Below are positions 11,840 through 23,779 of a stretch of DNA of 64,000 nucleotides, piece after piece. Each line of letters begins with the position of its first letter. Within the stretch, counting starts at the first letter, position 1. The position numbers were made by a program, and so were the translations under genes. The DNA comes from Octopus bimaculoides (Eukaryota): NCBI RefSeq assembly GCF_001194135.2, contig NC_068983.1, forward strand, positions 146,146,902-146,210,901. The letters are read 5' to 3'. The notes under the pieces were generated by a model. It worked only from the letters and a program-made list of their open reading frames with translations, did not search any database and was not told the origin of the DNA.

Positions 11840-12165
11840 ATCATCATCGTCGTTTAACGTCCGCTTTCCATGCTAGCATGGGTTGGACGATTTGACTGAG
11901 GACTGGTGAAACCGGATGGCAACACCATCCTCTAATCTGATTTGGCAGAGTTTCTACAGCTGGTTGCCCTTCCTAACGCCAACCACTCAGAGAGTGTAGT
12001 GGGTGCTTTTACGTGTCACCCGCACGAAGGCCAGTCAGATGGTACTGGCAACGGCCACGCTCAAAATGGTGTCTTTTATGTGCCACCCGCACAAGAGCCA
12101 GTCCAGGGGCACTGGCAACGATCTCGCTCGAAAATCCTACGAAGGCCAGTCAGGCGGTACTGTCA
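11840..12165 (-). mobile_element. (GAT)n-tailed repeat with internal tandem units of about 65 bp
   Basis: Reverse complement of the 1-200 element, extended 5' by tandem GGTGCTTTTACGTG...GGCAACG units. Confidence 0.85.
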
Positions 12166-13276
12166 GCACATGTATACACACTAACAATGTAGAAATTGTA
12201 CATAGCAACAGAGTATATACCACGCATATAAACAATGGAAGGATGCATGCTCTGTGTACTACTATCATGAACAATTGATAAATTGACAGCAAAATTTACG
12301 CTTGAAAATATCAAAATAGGTAATCCAGTCTATGCCAGCATGGAAAATGGATGATGGTGATGATGATGATGTTAGGATGATTTGGGTATTTAAAGAAAAG
12401 GAGTTTAAAAAGAAGCTTCATGAGTTTGATTTAAAAAAGCAATTATCAGAAAACTGATTAATTAAGAAATTAATAAAAGAGAGAATAAAGGAAAGAATTT
12501 TAACAAGGTGATTAAACAGGGTGTTTAACTAAAAAGTCCTAGGAATGGAAGATAATTATCAATGGAAAGGAAAAGGAAAATATCATTAATATTCTAAATG
12601 GATAAACCAGGTTACCTTGTGCCCAGTAGGTGGTGTCAGGATTGAAACAGAATAGCATAGACAAATACTCACGTCCTGTATGTGTGAATGTATGAATATG
12701 TGTGTATAAATATGTATATGTATGTGCTTGTGAGTATAGAAGTGTGTGTGTGTGTGTATGTATGCATACGTTACAGAGTGTAGTAGTGTGTGCACGTGTG
12801 TATATATATATGTGTGTGTGTGTGTGAATGCCTGAGATGTGTATGTGTTGTATCATATATCTCACTACATAATTAAAAGAATTTAGTTTCTGTTCAGATA
12901 TCCAACATTTCAACTCATGTACACAAGAGAACTGTCACCTTTTCCCTCCAAAATCTACCACATATGTTCATGTACATACATAGTACATATATACATCAAA
13001 TTGGATGTTTTACATTAACCTTTTGATGCTGGCAGAAACTGGAAAGTTTTTCTGAAACAGTATTTTATGACCAGATGCCCTTCCTAACATCAAACCATTT
13101 AGGTATGTGTTACGACATGCAAGGATGCAGTATACCTATTCTAAAACTGAGCTACACAATAAACATGTACATACATTTCTACATAAATGATATATATATA
13201 TATATCCTTTATATCCTTACATTATATCATAAATTCCTATAAAAATTCTTACAAAGATTTTAACCATACATTATAT

Positions 13277-13327
<51 letters not shown>

Positions 13328-13330
<3 letters not shown>

Positions 13331-13523
13331 ATTTAAAAGCAGCAGAAATATAACAAAAGACTGTTACTCTGAGTTTCACGTTCCCGTTCATCGGACAGTT
13401 TTGGAACTCAGAGTAACAGTCTTTTGTTATATTTCTGCTGCTTTTAAATAAAGCATATCACTCTACCTCTGGTATTTGAGTACTCTTTTTTCCACCTTGT
13501 TGCACATTTCATGTGCTTACTCC

Positions 13524-13560
<37 letters not shown>
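13328..13560. mobile_element. Penelope-like terminal fragment pair in divergent inverted orientation, inserted in (TA)n
   Basis: Perfect inverted arms of about 48 bp (13328-13375 and 13405-13452) enclose a hammerhead core. The right copy continues past AATAAA to (TA)n at about 13525. Confidence 0.8.
13360..13399 (-). ncRNA. Minimal type I hammerhead ribozyme motif (Penelope-like-element type)
   Basis: 5'-ACUGU CCGAUGA ACG-GGAA-CGU GAAA CUC-A-GAG UA^ACAGU-3'. Stem I 5 bp, stem II 3 bp with a GGAA loop, stem III palindromic with a 1-nt loop, cleavage triplet GUA. The core differs from canonical only by U4C. Confidence 0.85.
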
Positions 13561-13561
<1 letters not shown>

Positions 13562-13757
13562 CAGACAACATACACAAGGCACAGATATGGCTGTGTAGTT
13601 AAGAATTTCACTTCCCAACCACACATATTTGGTGTTCAGTCCCACTGTGCAGCACATTGAACAAGTGTCTTCTACTATAGCCCTAACCCAACCAAGCCTT
13701 ATGACCCGAGTTGATCTGATAAACAGAAACAGAAAAAGAAGTCTGTACAATATATAT

Positions 13758-13800
<43 letters not shown>

Positions 13801-13820
13801 TATGTATATATATATATGTG

Positions 13821-13876
<56 letters not shown>

Positions 13877-14001
13877 ATGATGTAAATAAACAAATAAAAC
13901 TGCCTGGGTTTGATACACAAAATATATATATACATGTATACATGTAAATAGAGAGAAAGCAAGGACTGAAAATTTTCAGAGAATGAATATTCAATAGGGC
14001 A

Positions 14002-14432
14002 CCACATTTAGTTGGCAAATACAGTTTACGATTCTGTACTGTTACTGTTTATATCTCACTCGGAGATTTAATATAACATATCCCCCACTTTTATGAGATC
14101 AGTAGCAGTGTGTTGCTAGAAAAAGTATATAGTATTTGCAAGTGGAATTAGTTCTTCATCACTAGCCAGTGATTTACACACACTGAGGACAGGTAACCAC
14201 CCAGACGCTCAAGTCCATGTGTAAGGCTACAGATGGGAGTGATGACCTCCCTCACAAATACTAATCGGACGCAGATTCTGTGTCATTAGCCAGCTGGAGG
14301 AGATGTTTTCCTGGGGCTAAAAACAACAGTAGCACTGTCCTGTATAGGATGCCACATTTAGTTGGCAAATATATTTTACGATTCTGTACTGTTACTGTTT
14401 ATATCTCACTCAGAGATTTAATATAACATATC
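14002..14432 (+). repeat. 81-bp direct repeats (14002-14082 and 14352-14432) with 350-bp period
   Basis: CCACATTTAGTTGGCAAAT...GATTTAATATAACATATC occurs twice with 3 mismatches. Confidence 0.92.
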
Positions 14433-14648
14433 TCTCTCTTTTATACATATATAGATATTTATATATTAACAGAGCCAACTTACACAGAGTACAAAGACAC
14501 AGAAAAATAAGAGATTTCTCTTATAGCCATTCCTTACTCCGCAAACTTGGTCATTGGTAAAGGTTTTGGAGTGTAAGTTGAAATCATTTGAGCACTAATA
14601 AGTGTTTCCTGTATTGAGAATCTCTGGATTTCATTTGTTGACTCTCTC

Positions 14649-14960
14649 TCTATATTACTAAAAGTGAAATTTTATCTGTCCATCTGGGACTCCTGTATCT
14701 CAATCTACATTTGCTCTACATAGACATATTATACCTTTTTGGAATCAGGACGATCCCAGGATTGAAAATCTGCTCTTCATTTGATTCTTGAACATCTAGC
14801 AGTGGGATCTGATTTAGAAGCATTTGGGTTGCTATTTCTAGCAGGTAACACTTGGCTGATTCATGTCATCTTAGTTGGCGTTTGTTAGATGACGTCAGAG
14901 ATGAAGAGGGAGACATTCGTTTCATTAATTTTACGTTGAGATTTGAATTTTGGGACAAAT
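14649..14960 (+). mobile_element. Probable non-autonomous Helitron/Helentron-like (DINE-1/Lep1-type) fragment
   Basis: Starts TCTATATTACTAAAAGTGAAATTTTATCTGTCCATCTG, which resembles the reverse-complement end of the 56.1-56.5 kb units (CAGAC-rich ... CCATTATAGTAAGAT). Confidence 0.35.
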
Positions 14961-15179
14961 TGGCCAACAGTTGAAATTCAATTTGGGACTGGAACAATAG
15001 AATGATTGCATTACAGAATTAATTCTCATCCATCCTTAACCTCTGATTAAACACCACCAGGACATATAGTCATTATAGACACATTATAGTCATACTATTA
15101 AGCATCCTTTAGTTTTAGGCCCAATTAGCCTTCCGTAGGAGCTAGCTTAAAAGTCTGCACAGAGTACAGCTTCTAACCT

Positions 15180-15235
<56 letters not shown>

Positions 15236-15260
15236 AAATAATAAGGTAGCTAGATACAAA

Positions 15261-15637
15261 ATAAAACAAAAATGGAAAAATTCAATTGTCACTAATAGAG
15301 ACTGAGAGTGCATGGTAGCACCTATATTGCTAGAGATAAGAGTCAAAGACCCTTATAGCCACAAACATAGCACAAGTCTATGTAATGACAGGAGAGTAAC
15401 TGCACCACAGTGAGTGAGGGTACTATATTGGCAAGCTAATTTTGCTTGAAATTAAAGCTCATCAGTAGTACTACTCTATTGCAGACAGTTAAGTCAAATC
15501 CAACATCTCAATATAGAGATTTTACCAAAAAAAATCAATGGCTGATTGAGCAAAATGGTAATGTAAAAATTATAAAATAATAAAAGCGGTCAGACACACT
15601 ATAAAACCAAAAAGGAAAAATTCAATTGTCACTAATA
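15261..15637 (-). mobile_element. 340-bp hammerhead-containing monomer with 37-bp terminal redundancy (retrozyme or Penelope pLTR-like), between (TA)n tracts
   Basis: 15261-15297 and 15601-15637 match at 35 of 37 positions with an exact 340-bp offset. An internal hammerhead lies at 15420-15471, and (TA)n flanks both sides. Confidence 0.8.
15420..15471 (-). ncRNA. Type I hammerhead ribozyme motif with a G12A core substitution (probably inactive copy)
   Basis: 5'-GUACUA CUGAUGA GCUU-UAAUUUC-AAGC AAAA UUAGC-UU-GCCAA UA^UAGUAC-3'. Stem I is 6 bp perfect, stem II 4 bp perfect, and stem III has one A-C mismatch. GAAA reads AAAA, consistent with CpG decay of AAGCGAAA. Confidence 0.82.
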
Positions 15638-15639
15638 TA

Positions 15640-15670
<31 letters not shown>

Positions 15671-17219
15671 AAACGTACAGGAAGAAGGATTTGAAATCTT
15701 GACAGGTACCTTATGAGTACTCTGAAATAATCCAGATCTGGATATACTTTAAGAACACATATCTAATGCTTGAATCTTCAGTTCACTTCACCCAACTGTA
15801 TGGGTAACACCTTGAATAAAGCTGCATAGGAATGTCAACCTTTGCATGAATATGAATTGCAATTGATTTAATATAAATCAACTAAATGCACATATCTGCT
15901 ACATCAAAGGACTCTAGGACACTTATCCAGCAGAAACATGTGATGGATTAAAATTTGTTGAAGATAGTACTTCAATAAATAAATTTTGAATATGTATAGT
16001 TCTCTATTCTTTTTTATGGTCGCCACATAAAAAGCACCCAGCACACAGTTTTGCATCAGCAACTCACCAATCTCTGTTCATAGTGATATAAAGTGTGTGT
16101 GTGTGTACACACATGCACACACGTATAAATACATGAATACATGCATACATGTTTGTATCTATCATACATGCTTCTCTGTGTGTGTGCTTGTATACACCCT
16201 GATGCATGAACATGCAAGCACACATACACACACATACACACATATACACACATACATACATACATAAACACACATACATACAAATGTATATGCATCACAG
16301 AGCAACACAAATACACACACACACACACACACAACAGAAAGCTTTTTTACATAATTTCCATGCCATACATGACTAAACCCCATTTATGAGATCCAACATT
16401 GCTGCAGGCGATTGCTATCTGTAAAAGGAGTCTAACTAAACATAAAGCAAGATGTTTCTGGAAATATATATTTAACTAGATATTTGAGATCCCGTTTCAG
16501 AACGATTTTACATAAACAAATAAGTAAATGGATGAGTAACTATGTAGTTGATCAACTTACTGGAAATAGTAGTGAAAACTCTCTCAAATTACATCTTGCC
16601 ATCTCGAAAAAGAAAGGACAGCTTGAATAATGTAGTCCTAGATGCACAATGTTTGTTTGAAAGGAGAACAAAATGGTCAAAGTTGGAAAGCCTTTGACCA
16701 TTCATATCTGATGTTAAACAACAAAAACAACAAATTCTGACTCATCCAAAATGTTTTCTGCTGGTGAGTAACTATTTCAGAGTTGTAATCAAATCTAAGG
16801 CAAAGCCATTACGTATTTATTCCTTTTTATGTCTATTCTTCCATGCTGGCATAGATCGGAAGGGTCATCGGGCCTTAACTCAGTTCTTATTCAGAGTTAC
16901 TGCTCTCCTGGTGTGTATTGTGTGTGTGTGCGTGTGTGTGTGTGTGTTTGTGAGTGTGTTCGTGCATGTGCGCAAAGATAGAGAATAAAATTTTATCTGA
17001 TAATTGCTATGATAATTTTTGTCAAATGTGTCTATAAAAGGGGTTCTCAAGCATTAAAAAAAAACACGATGATTTTTTTATATTTGATTCAAATGTTTTA
17101 ATGTTTTTAACCCTTTTGTTATCATTTTTCTGTGGAAATATGATGCCTTTGTTTCAATAAATTTTCAAAATAACGAAAAATTTAGTAAAATAATTTTGTC
17201 ATTATTAAATTATATCATG

Positions 17220-17550
17220 AACCATGTGCTCATTTCCTTCTTCAGCAAATGCTTCCACTTCCCAGCTCAAAAAACTTCCATTTGTAGTAAGCATTTGCCA
17301 AGGCATCAGGGAACAAGTCTGGCATACATAAAGCTTTTAGAGCAAACCATCAAAACCAGGTGATTTGCTCTTCACATGGTCACTTATTGCCAACCAAATC
17401 TTAGCTGCTTTTAATCAGCCTTGTACAGCATTCCTGTTCTCCACTGAGAATTGTGGCAGGCTGCCAAAGTAAGCGCTGAAGACCACTACTGTCTCCAGCC
17501 CACAACTCATCAGCACAAACAGTTAAGCAAAGTGCCACTTCAGAGCCACA
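17220..17550 (-). mobile_element. Decayed LINE reverse-transcriptase fragment (L1/Tx1-like)
   Basis: The minus strand contains KSPGFDGL (RT N-terminal K.PG.DG motif), followed by PDLF..ALANAY-like residues across frameshifts. Confidence 0.5.
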
Positions 17551-19064
17551 TAATAACAACAACAACAACAACAACAACAATAATAATAATAATAATGATG
17601 ATGATGATAATAATAGTCCTTTCTACTAAAGGCAAAAGGCCTGAAATTTGTGAGTAGAAGATTAGTTGATTACATTGACCCCAGTGTTTCACTGGTACTT
17701 AATTTATCAACCCTGAAAAGACGAAAGGCAAAGCCGACCATGGCAGAATTCGAAATCAGAATGGAGAGGCAGATAAAATACCGCTAAGTATTTCGTCTGG
17801 CATGCTAACGATTCTGCCAGCTCACCACCTTAATAATAATAATTTACATTTGTTTATAAGTGAGTGGAAGGACTAAAACGAAATCAAATACTGCCTACAT
17901 ATCTTTTCTGTTGATTTTTTTTTTCTATTTTCTTTATATATATATTTACTTACAAGTAAACCAATTTACACCTGACATAATTGTTATTTTAGAAACAAGA
18001 TAATACCCTGTCCATAAGTATATTAAACACCAATTTCTTTTCTTTCAAGAATGCTACACACGAGTCAAGTCGATTCTCTTTTTTTTTAATTTTACATAGT
18101 TTGGTTATTTCTTCTCCAGGCACTTATGCTTAATTGAGAAAGGTGTGATGGGGAGGGGAAAGAAAACAACAATAATAAAAAAAAATGCAAACATAATATC
18201 CTCCAATCCCCCAATTCTCCACAAAATTGCTTTTGGTAGCCTGAAATGTGTTCTACAGACTTCAGTCAGATTACATAGTAAAAGAGACTTCAATGATGAA
18301 GGGAATCCAGGGTTCTTTCAGTTGCAGTACTTGACAAAACAAGATAAAAGCAACATATAATATAAGACTCCACACATAGGTCTCACTCTCACTCTCTCTC
18401 TCTCTCTTGCTCACTCTCTATCTATCTATCTATCTATCTCTATGGTTGTGAAATAAATACACTTCTCCACAGAGACTAATCCAAATACTTTGTTGGTGTC
18501 ATCTTTCTTAGATGTGTTAAGACAACATATCAATGAGTATGAATGTGTGTGTGTGTGTGCTTGTGTGCGTAAAATTATAGATAGATTTATATGTATGTAT
18601 GCATGTATGTATGCATGCATGTATGTATGTATGCATCTATGTATGCATGTATGTATGTATGTATGTATGTATGAACATATATATATGTATGTATGCATGT
18701 ATGTATGTGCATATATGCATTTATGTATGCATGCTTTCACAGAAATATAAGATTTCTATTTGTGTGTAACACATCTCTTCCAAAAACAAAGTTATAAATT
18801 TCCTAACAGTGTCACAATGAAGCACCCTTAAGTATGACAAGGCCATTTTACACAAATAAATACATACATTCAGGAGCATACATAACTACACACAGATATC
18901 ATCATCATCATCCATAACCATTCTTGTTTGAACTTCTGCTTTTTTTCATGTCAGCATGGGTTTGATGAGACTTAGTGAGATAGCATCCCACAGTTGGATG
19001 CTCTTCCTGTTGCCAGCCTTTACTTCTTTATCAAGTTAGATATTTTTTATCCTACTAATCTTCA

Positions 19065-19479
19065 GACGCAGGAGTGGCTGTGTGGTAAGTAGCTTGCTTA
19101 CCAACCACATGGTTCCGGGTTCATTCCCACTGCGTGCCACCTTGGGCAAGTGTCTTCTACTATTATAGCCTCGAGCCGACCAAAGCCTTGTGAGTGGATT
19201 TGGTAGACGGAAACTGAAAGAAGCCCGTCGTATATATGTATAAATATATCATCATCATCATCATCATCATCATCGTTTAACGTCTGCCTTCCATGCTAGC
19301 ATGGGTTGGATAATTTGACTGAGGACTGGTGANNNNNNNNNNNNNNNNNNNNNNNNNNNNNNNNNNNNNNNNNNNNNNNNNNNNNNNNNNNNNNNNNNNN
19401 NNNNNNNNNNNNNNNNNNNNNNNNNNNNNNNNNNNNNNNNNNNNNNNNNNNNNNNNNNNNNNNNNNNNNNNNNNNNNNN

Positions 19480-19531
<52 letters not shown>

Positions 19532-19765
19532 CACATATGTATGTGTGTGTATATGTTTGTGTGTTTGTGTTTGTCTTCCCAACATCACTTGACAACCGAT
19601 GCTGGTGTGTTTACATCCCTGTAACTTAGTGGTTCGGCAAAAGAGACCGATAGAATAAGTACTGGGCTTACAAAGAATAAGTCCTGAGGTCGATTTGCTC
19701 GACTAAAGGCGGTGCTCCAGCATGGCCACAGTCAAATGACTGAAACAAGTAAAAGAGTAAAGAGT
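19065..19765 (+). mobile_element. Composite tRNA SINE with an antiparallel (GAT)n-tailed element nested in its microsatellite (spans N gap 19333-19479)
   Basis: Head 19065-19230, (ATC)n-led insert from about 19248, SINE tail 19540-19765. Confidence 0.85.
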
Positions 19766-21799
19766 AATGTTGAAACTAGCAAACTATGGGACATATTGTC
19801 TATGGTAGATACAAATTTATGCCCATTATTAATCAACTGGAGCCAACATGAAGACAACAGATACATGTAAACACACAGGCATGCATGTACACACACACAC
19901 AAAATGAGTAATGAAGGAGTTTCTTTGAAGTTGTTTGGTATTCTAGAAACAGCAGCTAAATCTCCCTAAAATACCAACATACCATCTTAAAGGAACAAAT
20001 GAACACATGAGATAACATTCTAAAGTACCTCTTAGGCACCTTAGGATGGCTATGAACGGAATGCCTTTGATTATAGAATTCTTCAATTAGGGTTGATCTG
20101 GGATTGAGCAACAACAAAAATAACAGCAGGCACACTTTTTGAGATTAGTGTAAGCAATAGCATTGCCACACGCTTAGTGGCAGCAGCAGTAAAAACTATG
20201 CTCTATCTTGTCAAGAAGGCTCTTCAATGATGTGAAACCAAGGCCTGAAATTTAGGGGTGGGAACTAGTCAATTACATCGACGCCAGTGCTTGACTGGTA
20301 CTTATTTAACCGATCTCAAAAGGATGAAAGGCAAAGTCAGCCTCAGTGGAATTTGAATTAATAATAATTATAGTAAAAATGGTTTGTAAATTAGGTGCAA
20401 GGCCAACAATTTTGGTAGTTCATTTCATGAGCCCCAAATGGCAAAGTTGACAGCAATAAGATTTGAACTGAGAATGTAAGAGCTGGAACAAATACTGCAA
20501 AGCATTTTTTTTTTCTGATACTCTAATGATTATAGAAGTTCATTGTTCTAACATAATGGTTTCTGATTTAGGCAAAAGGCCAACAATTTTGAGGGGAGGG
20601 GTTAATCGATACCATCAACCCTAATACTTGACTATTACTTTATTTTATCAACTCTGATAGGATGAAGGGCAAAGCTGACTTTGACAGGATTTGAACACAG
20701 AAAATAAAGAGACAAGAAATACTGCAAAGCATTTTTCTAGCACTCTAATGATGCTACTAACATAGCAGATGACATTTACCCAAGGTGCCATACAGTGGGA
20801 CTGAACCCAAGACTACACGGTTGAGAGGCAAGCTTCTTAACCATACACAAACAAACACACATACATAGAGGCTAGTCCATTGCAGGGTTACCCATTTATA
20901 CCTGAGTGGATAGGAGCAATGTGAAGTGAAGTGTTTTGCTTAAGAACACAACACACCACTCAGTCTGGGAATCAATCTTGTAATCATGAGTGCAATACCC
21001 TAACCACCAGGCCATGTGCCTTCACACATACACACACATACACACATACACACACACACACACATGCACACGCACACACACACAAACTCAAATACATAGA
21101 ATTTTGGAGAATTAAAGGAGGAGGTTTCCTTTCTATCTATTTACTTTTTCTCATTAAATTAGCATTATTTGTATAATCAATATATTGTATTTTCCCTTCT
21201 AACAGTTTTTATAATTATTTTCTAACAAGAATGATCTGAAAGATAACAAGCACTAAAACCACAACCTTTTTTTAATTATCTAATTTAAACATTTCAGTAC
21301 ACCTGACTCCTTTTTTGTATGTGATATGTTTGTCTTGTTTCTTTCTCATTCAATTGTTTACAATACTAAAATTGAGACGCTTTTATCATGAAGTGATCAT
21401 CATCATAATCATCATCATTTAGCATCCATCTTCCATGCTGGCATAAGCTGGAGAGGTTGACAGGAGCTAGCAAGCCTAGAGGACTGTACCAAGCTCCACT
21501 GTCTATTTTGGCATGGTTTTTATGGCCTTTCTAATACCAACCTCTTTACAGAATGGACTGGGTGCTTTTTACATGGCAAATATAATTTACAATAACTTTA
21601 ACAATCAAATGAAGGAAAAATAACTGTCTAGAAATGCATCTATTCAATACACATGTGGTTGGAACAAAATGATTGAGTGACTATAAATAAAACCAATGTC
21701 TAATTCAAATCCACTACATAAATTTTGCTGCATGTCCAACCCATACCAGCATGGAAAACGAAAGTTAAATGATGATGAAATGATGATGACACCTATGTC

Positions 21800-22300
21800 C
21801 ACTTCACTATTAAGAATGAGTAATAGATAATCTAGGCTTGTAACCTGAGATATTCTCTTAAACCAGAGCAGTTGATTCTCGTGTGCATATTCAACTGATA
21901 CTTCCTTAATCCCTAGCTATTCTCTCAATTTGTTTATGTCATGTGTTTCATGTAAGTTAACATTACACATCAAACAGATCATACTCGACTCATTTCTATC
22001 AAGCCTCCACGAGTTTGCTGCAATTAATGCGTATCTCTGACTAACATGCAACATTAGAATTCTTACTCATACTTCATACAGTCTGCCTTGTGCATGCAGA
22101 CAGGAACCATTTTTGTGTTAACGGAGATAACAATTCTCTAAACCTCTTTCTTCCATTACTAAAAACTAGCCTTTCACCACATTCCCCTCCAGCAGTGATT
22201 GTATCACCAAGGTAACATTAACTATCTACCACCTTGAACAAGTCATTCGAGCATTTAATGGACTTCTTTTCATAAGGGTTCCTACTGTTAACTACTCCTG
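21800..22300 (-). mobile_element. Decayed RTE LINE fragment, region C-terminal to RT
   Basis: The minus strand reads KVVDS*CYLGDTITAGGEC...KRFRELL, matching the RTE pattern EVVD.FCYLGD.I..GGGC...WKKFRELL. Confidence 0.7.
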
Positions 22301-22495
22301 TGCAACAAACTAATGAGGGTGCTTATTTTATCAACCCTGAAAGGATGAAAAGCAAAGTTGATCTCAATGGAATTTGAACTCAGAGCATAATGACAGATGA
22401 AATGTTGCTAAGTATTCTGCTCAGCATACTAACGATTCTGCCAGCCCACCACCTTTATATTGTTATTAGTATTAATTAAATAAAAATATAGGTGT

Positions 22496-22968
22496 AGGCG
22501 TAGGAGTGGCTGTGTGGTAAGTAGCTTGCTTACCAACCACATGGTTCCGGGTTCAATCCCACTGTGTGGCACCTTGGGCAAGTGTCTTCTACTATAGCCT
22601 CAGGCCGACNNNNNNNNNNGGCACCTTGGGCAAGTGTCTTCTACTATAGCCTCAGGCCGACCAAAGCCTTGTGAGTAGATTTGGTAGACGGAAACTGAAA
22701 GAAGCCCATCGTATATATATGTATATATGTATATATGTATATGTATGTGTGAGTGTGTATATGTTTGTGTGTCTGTGTTTGTCCCCCCCAACATCGCTTG
22801 ACAACCGATGCTGGTGTATTTACGTCCCCGTAACTTAACGGTTCGGCAAAAGTGACCGATAGAATAAGTACTAGGCTTACAAAGAATAAGTCCTGGGGTC
22901 GATTAGCTCGACTAAAAGGCAGTGCTCCAGCATGATCACAGTCAAATGACTGAAACAAGTAAAAGAGT
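22496..22968 (+). mobile_element. Full-length composite tRNA SINE
   Basis: Head, microsatellite and tail as at 6985-7390. A 42-bp duplication across the 10-N gap at 22610-22619 is an assembly artefact. Confidence 0.9.
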
Positions 22969-23440
22969 ATATAAAGGTAGCAAGCTGGCAGAATTGTTGA
23001 TACACAGGGTAAAGATGCTTAAGCAGCATTTCATCCATCTTTATATTCTGAGTTCAATTGCTGCCGAGGTTGAATTTGCCTTTCATCCTTTCGGGGTCGA
23101 TAAAATGAGTACCAGTTGAGCACCAAGGTTGATGTAATCAATTTTCCCCCTCCCCCGGAACTTGCAGGCCTTGTGCCAATATTAAATAAATAGAAAAAAA
23201 GCAGCAAGTGGCAGAATTGTTAGCACACTAGGTACGATGCTTAGCGGCATTTCATGTTTCAGTTCTGAATTCAAATTCCACTGGGGTCAACTTTGCCTTT
23301 CACCCTTTCAGGGTTGATAAAATAAGTATCAGTAGTTGAGCACATGGGTTGATGTAATCGACTTAGCTCCTCCCCCAAAATTACTAGCCTTGTGCCAAAA
23401 TTTGAAACTAATATTAAATAAATTAAATGTGGTGAGTTGA

Positions 23441-23541
23441 CAGAATCAGTAGAATATCAGAATCAGTAGAATATCAGAATCAGTAGAATATCAGAATCAG
23501 TAGAATATCAGAATCAGTAGAATATCAGAATCAGTAGAATA
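23441..23541 (+). repeat. 17-bp minisatellite (CAGAATCAGTAGAATAT) x about 5.9
   Basis: Perfect tandem units inside the head of an old SINE, immediately 5' of a younger SINE insertion. Confidence 0.97.
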
Positions 23542-23779
23542 AGGCGGCGAGCTGGCAGAAACGTTAGCACGCCAGGCGAAATGCTTAGCGGTATTTCGTC
23601 TGCTGTTACATTCTGAGTTCAAATTCCGCCGAGGTCGACTTTGCCTTTCATCCTATCAGGGTCGATAAATTAAGTACCAGTTACGCACTAGGGTCGATGT
23701 AATTGACTTAATACCTTTGTCTGTCCTTGTTTGTCCCCTTTATTTTTGGCCCCTTGTGGACAATAAAGAAATAAGAATA
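23542..23779 (+). mobile_element. Young Meta-core-like SINE nested in an older copy, with 9-bp TSD AGTAGAATA
   Basis: CpG-rich intact head AGGCGGCGAGCTGGCAGAAACG. AGTAGAATA is at 23533-23541 and 23780-23788. The host SINE resumes with TCAGACAAAATGCTTAGC. Confidence 0.85.

Noticed and set aside
14527-14572. Plus-strand 46-nt exon candidate (A)IPYSANLVIGKGFG(V) with ttatag| and |gtaagt
   Set aside because: No phase-compatible partner exon or recognisable domain was found. Similar unsupported candidates are at about 10151-10229 (minus) and 29098-29190 (plus).
22568-22661. 42-bp tandem duplication (likewise 41 bp at 40707-40798)
   Set aside because: Exact copies abut a 10-N gap, the signature of unmerged contig overlap.
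23441-23541. Regular repeats considered as a CRISPR-like array (also 58580-58830)
   Set aside because: The units are contiguous with no unique spacers and derive from SINE sequence in a eukaryotic context.
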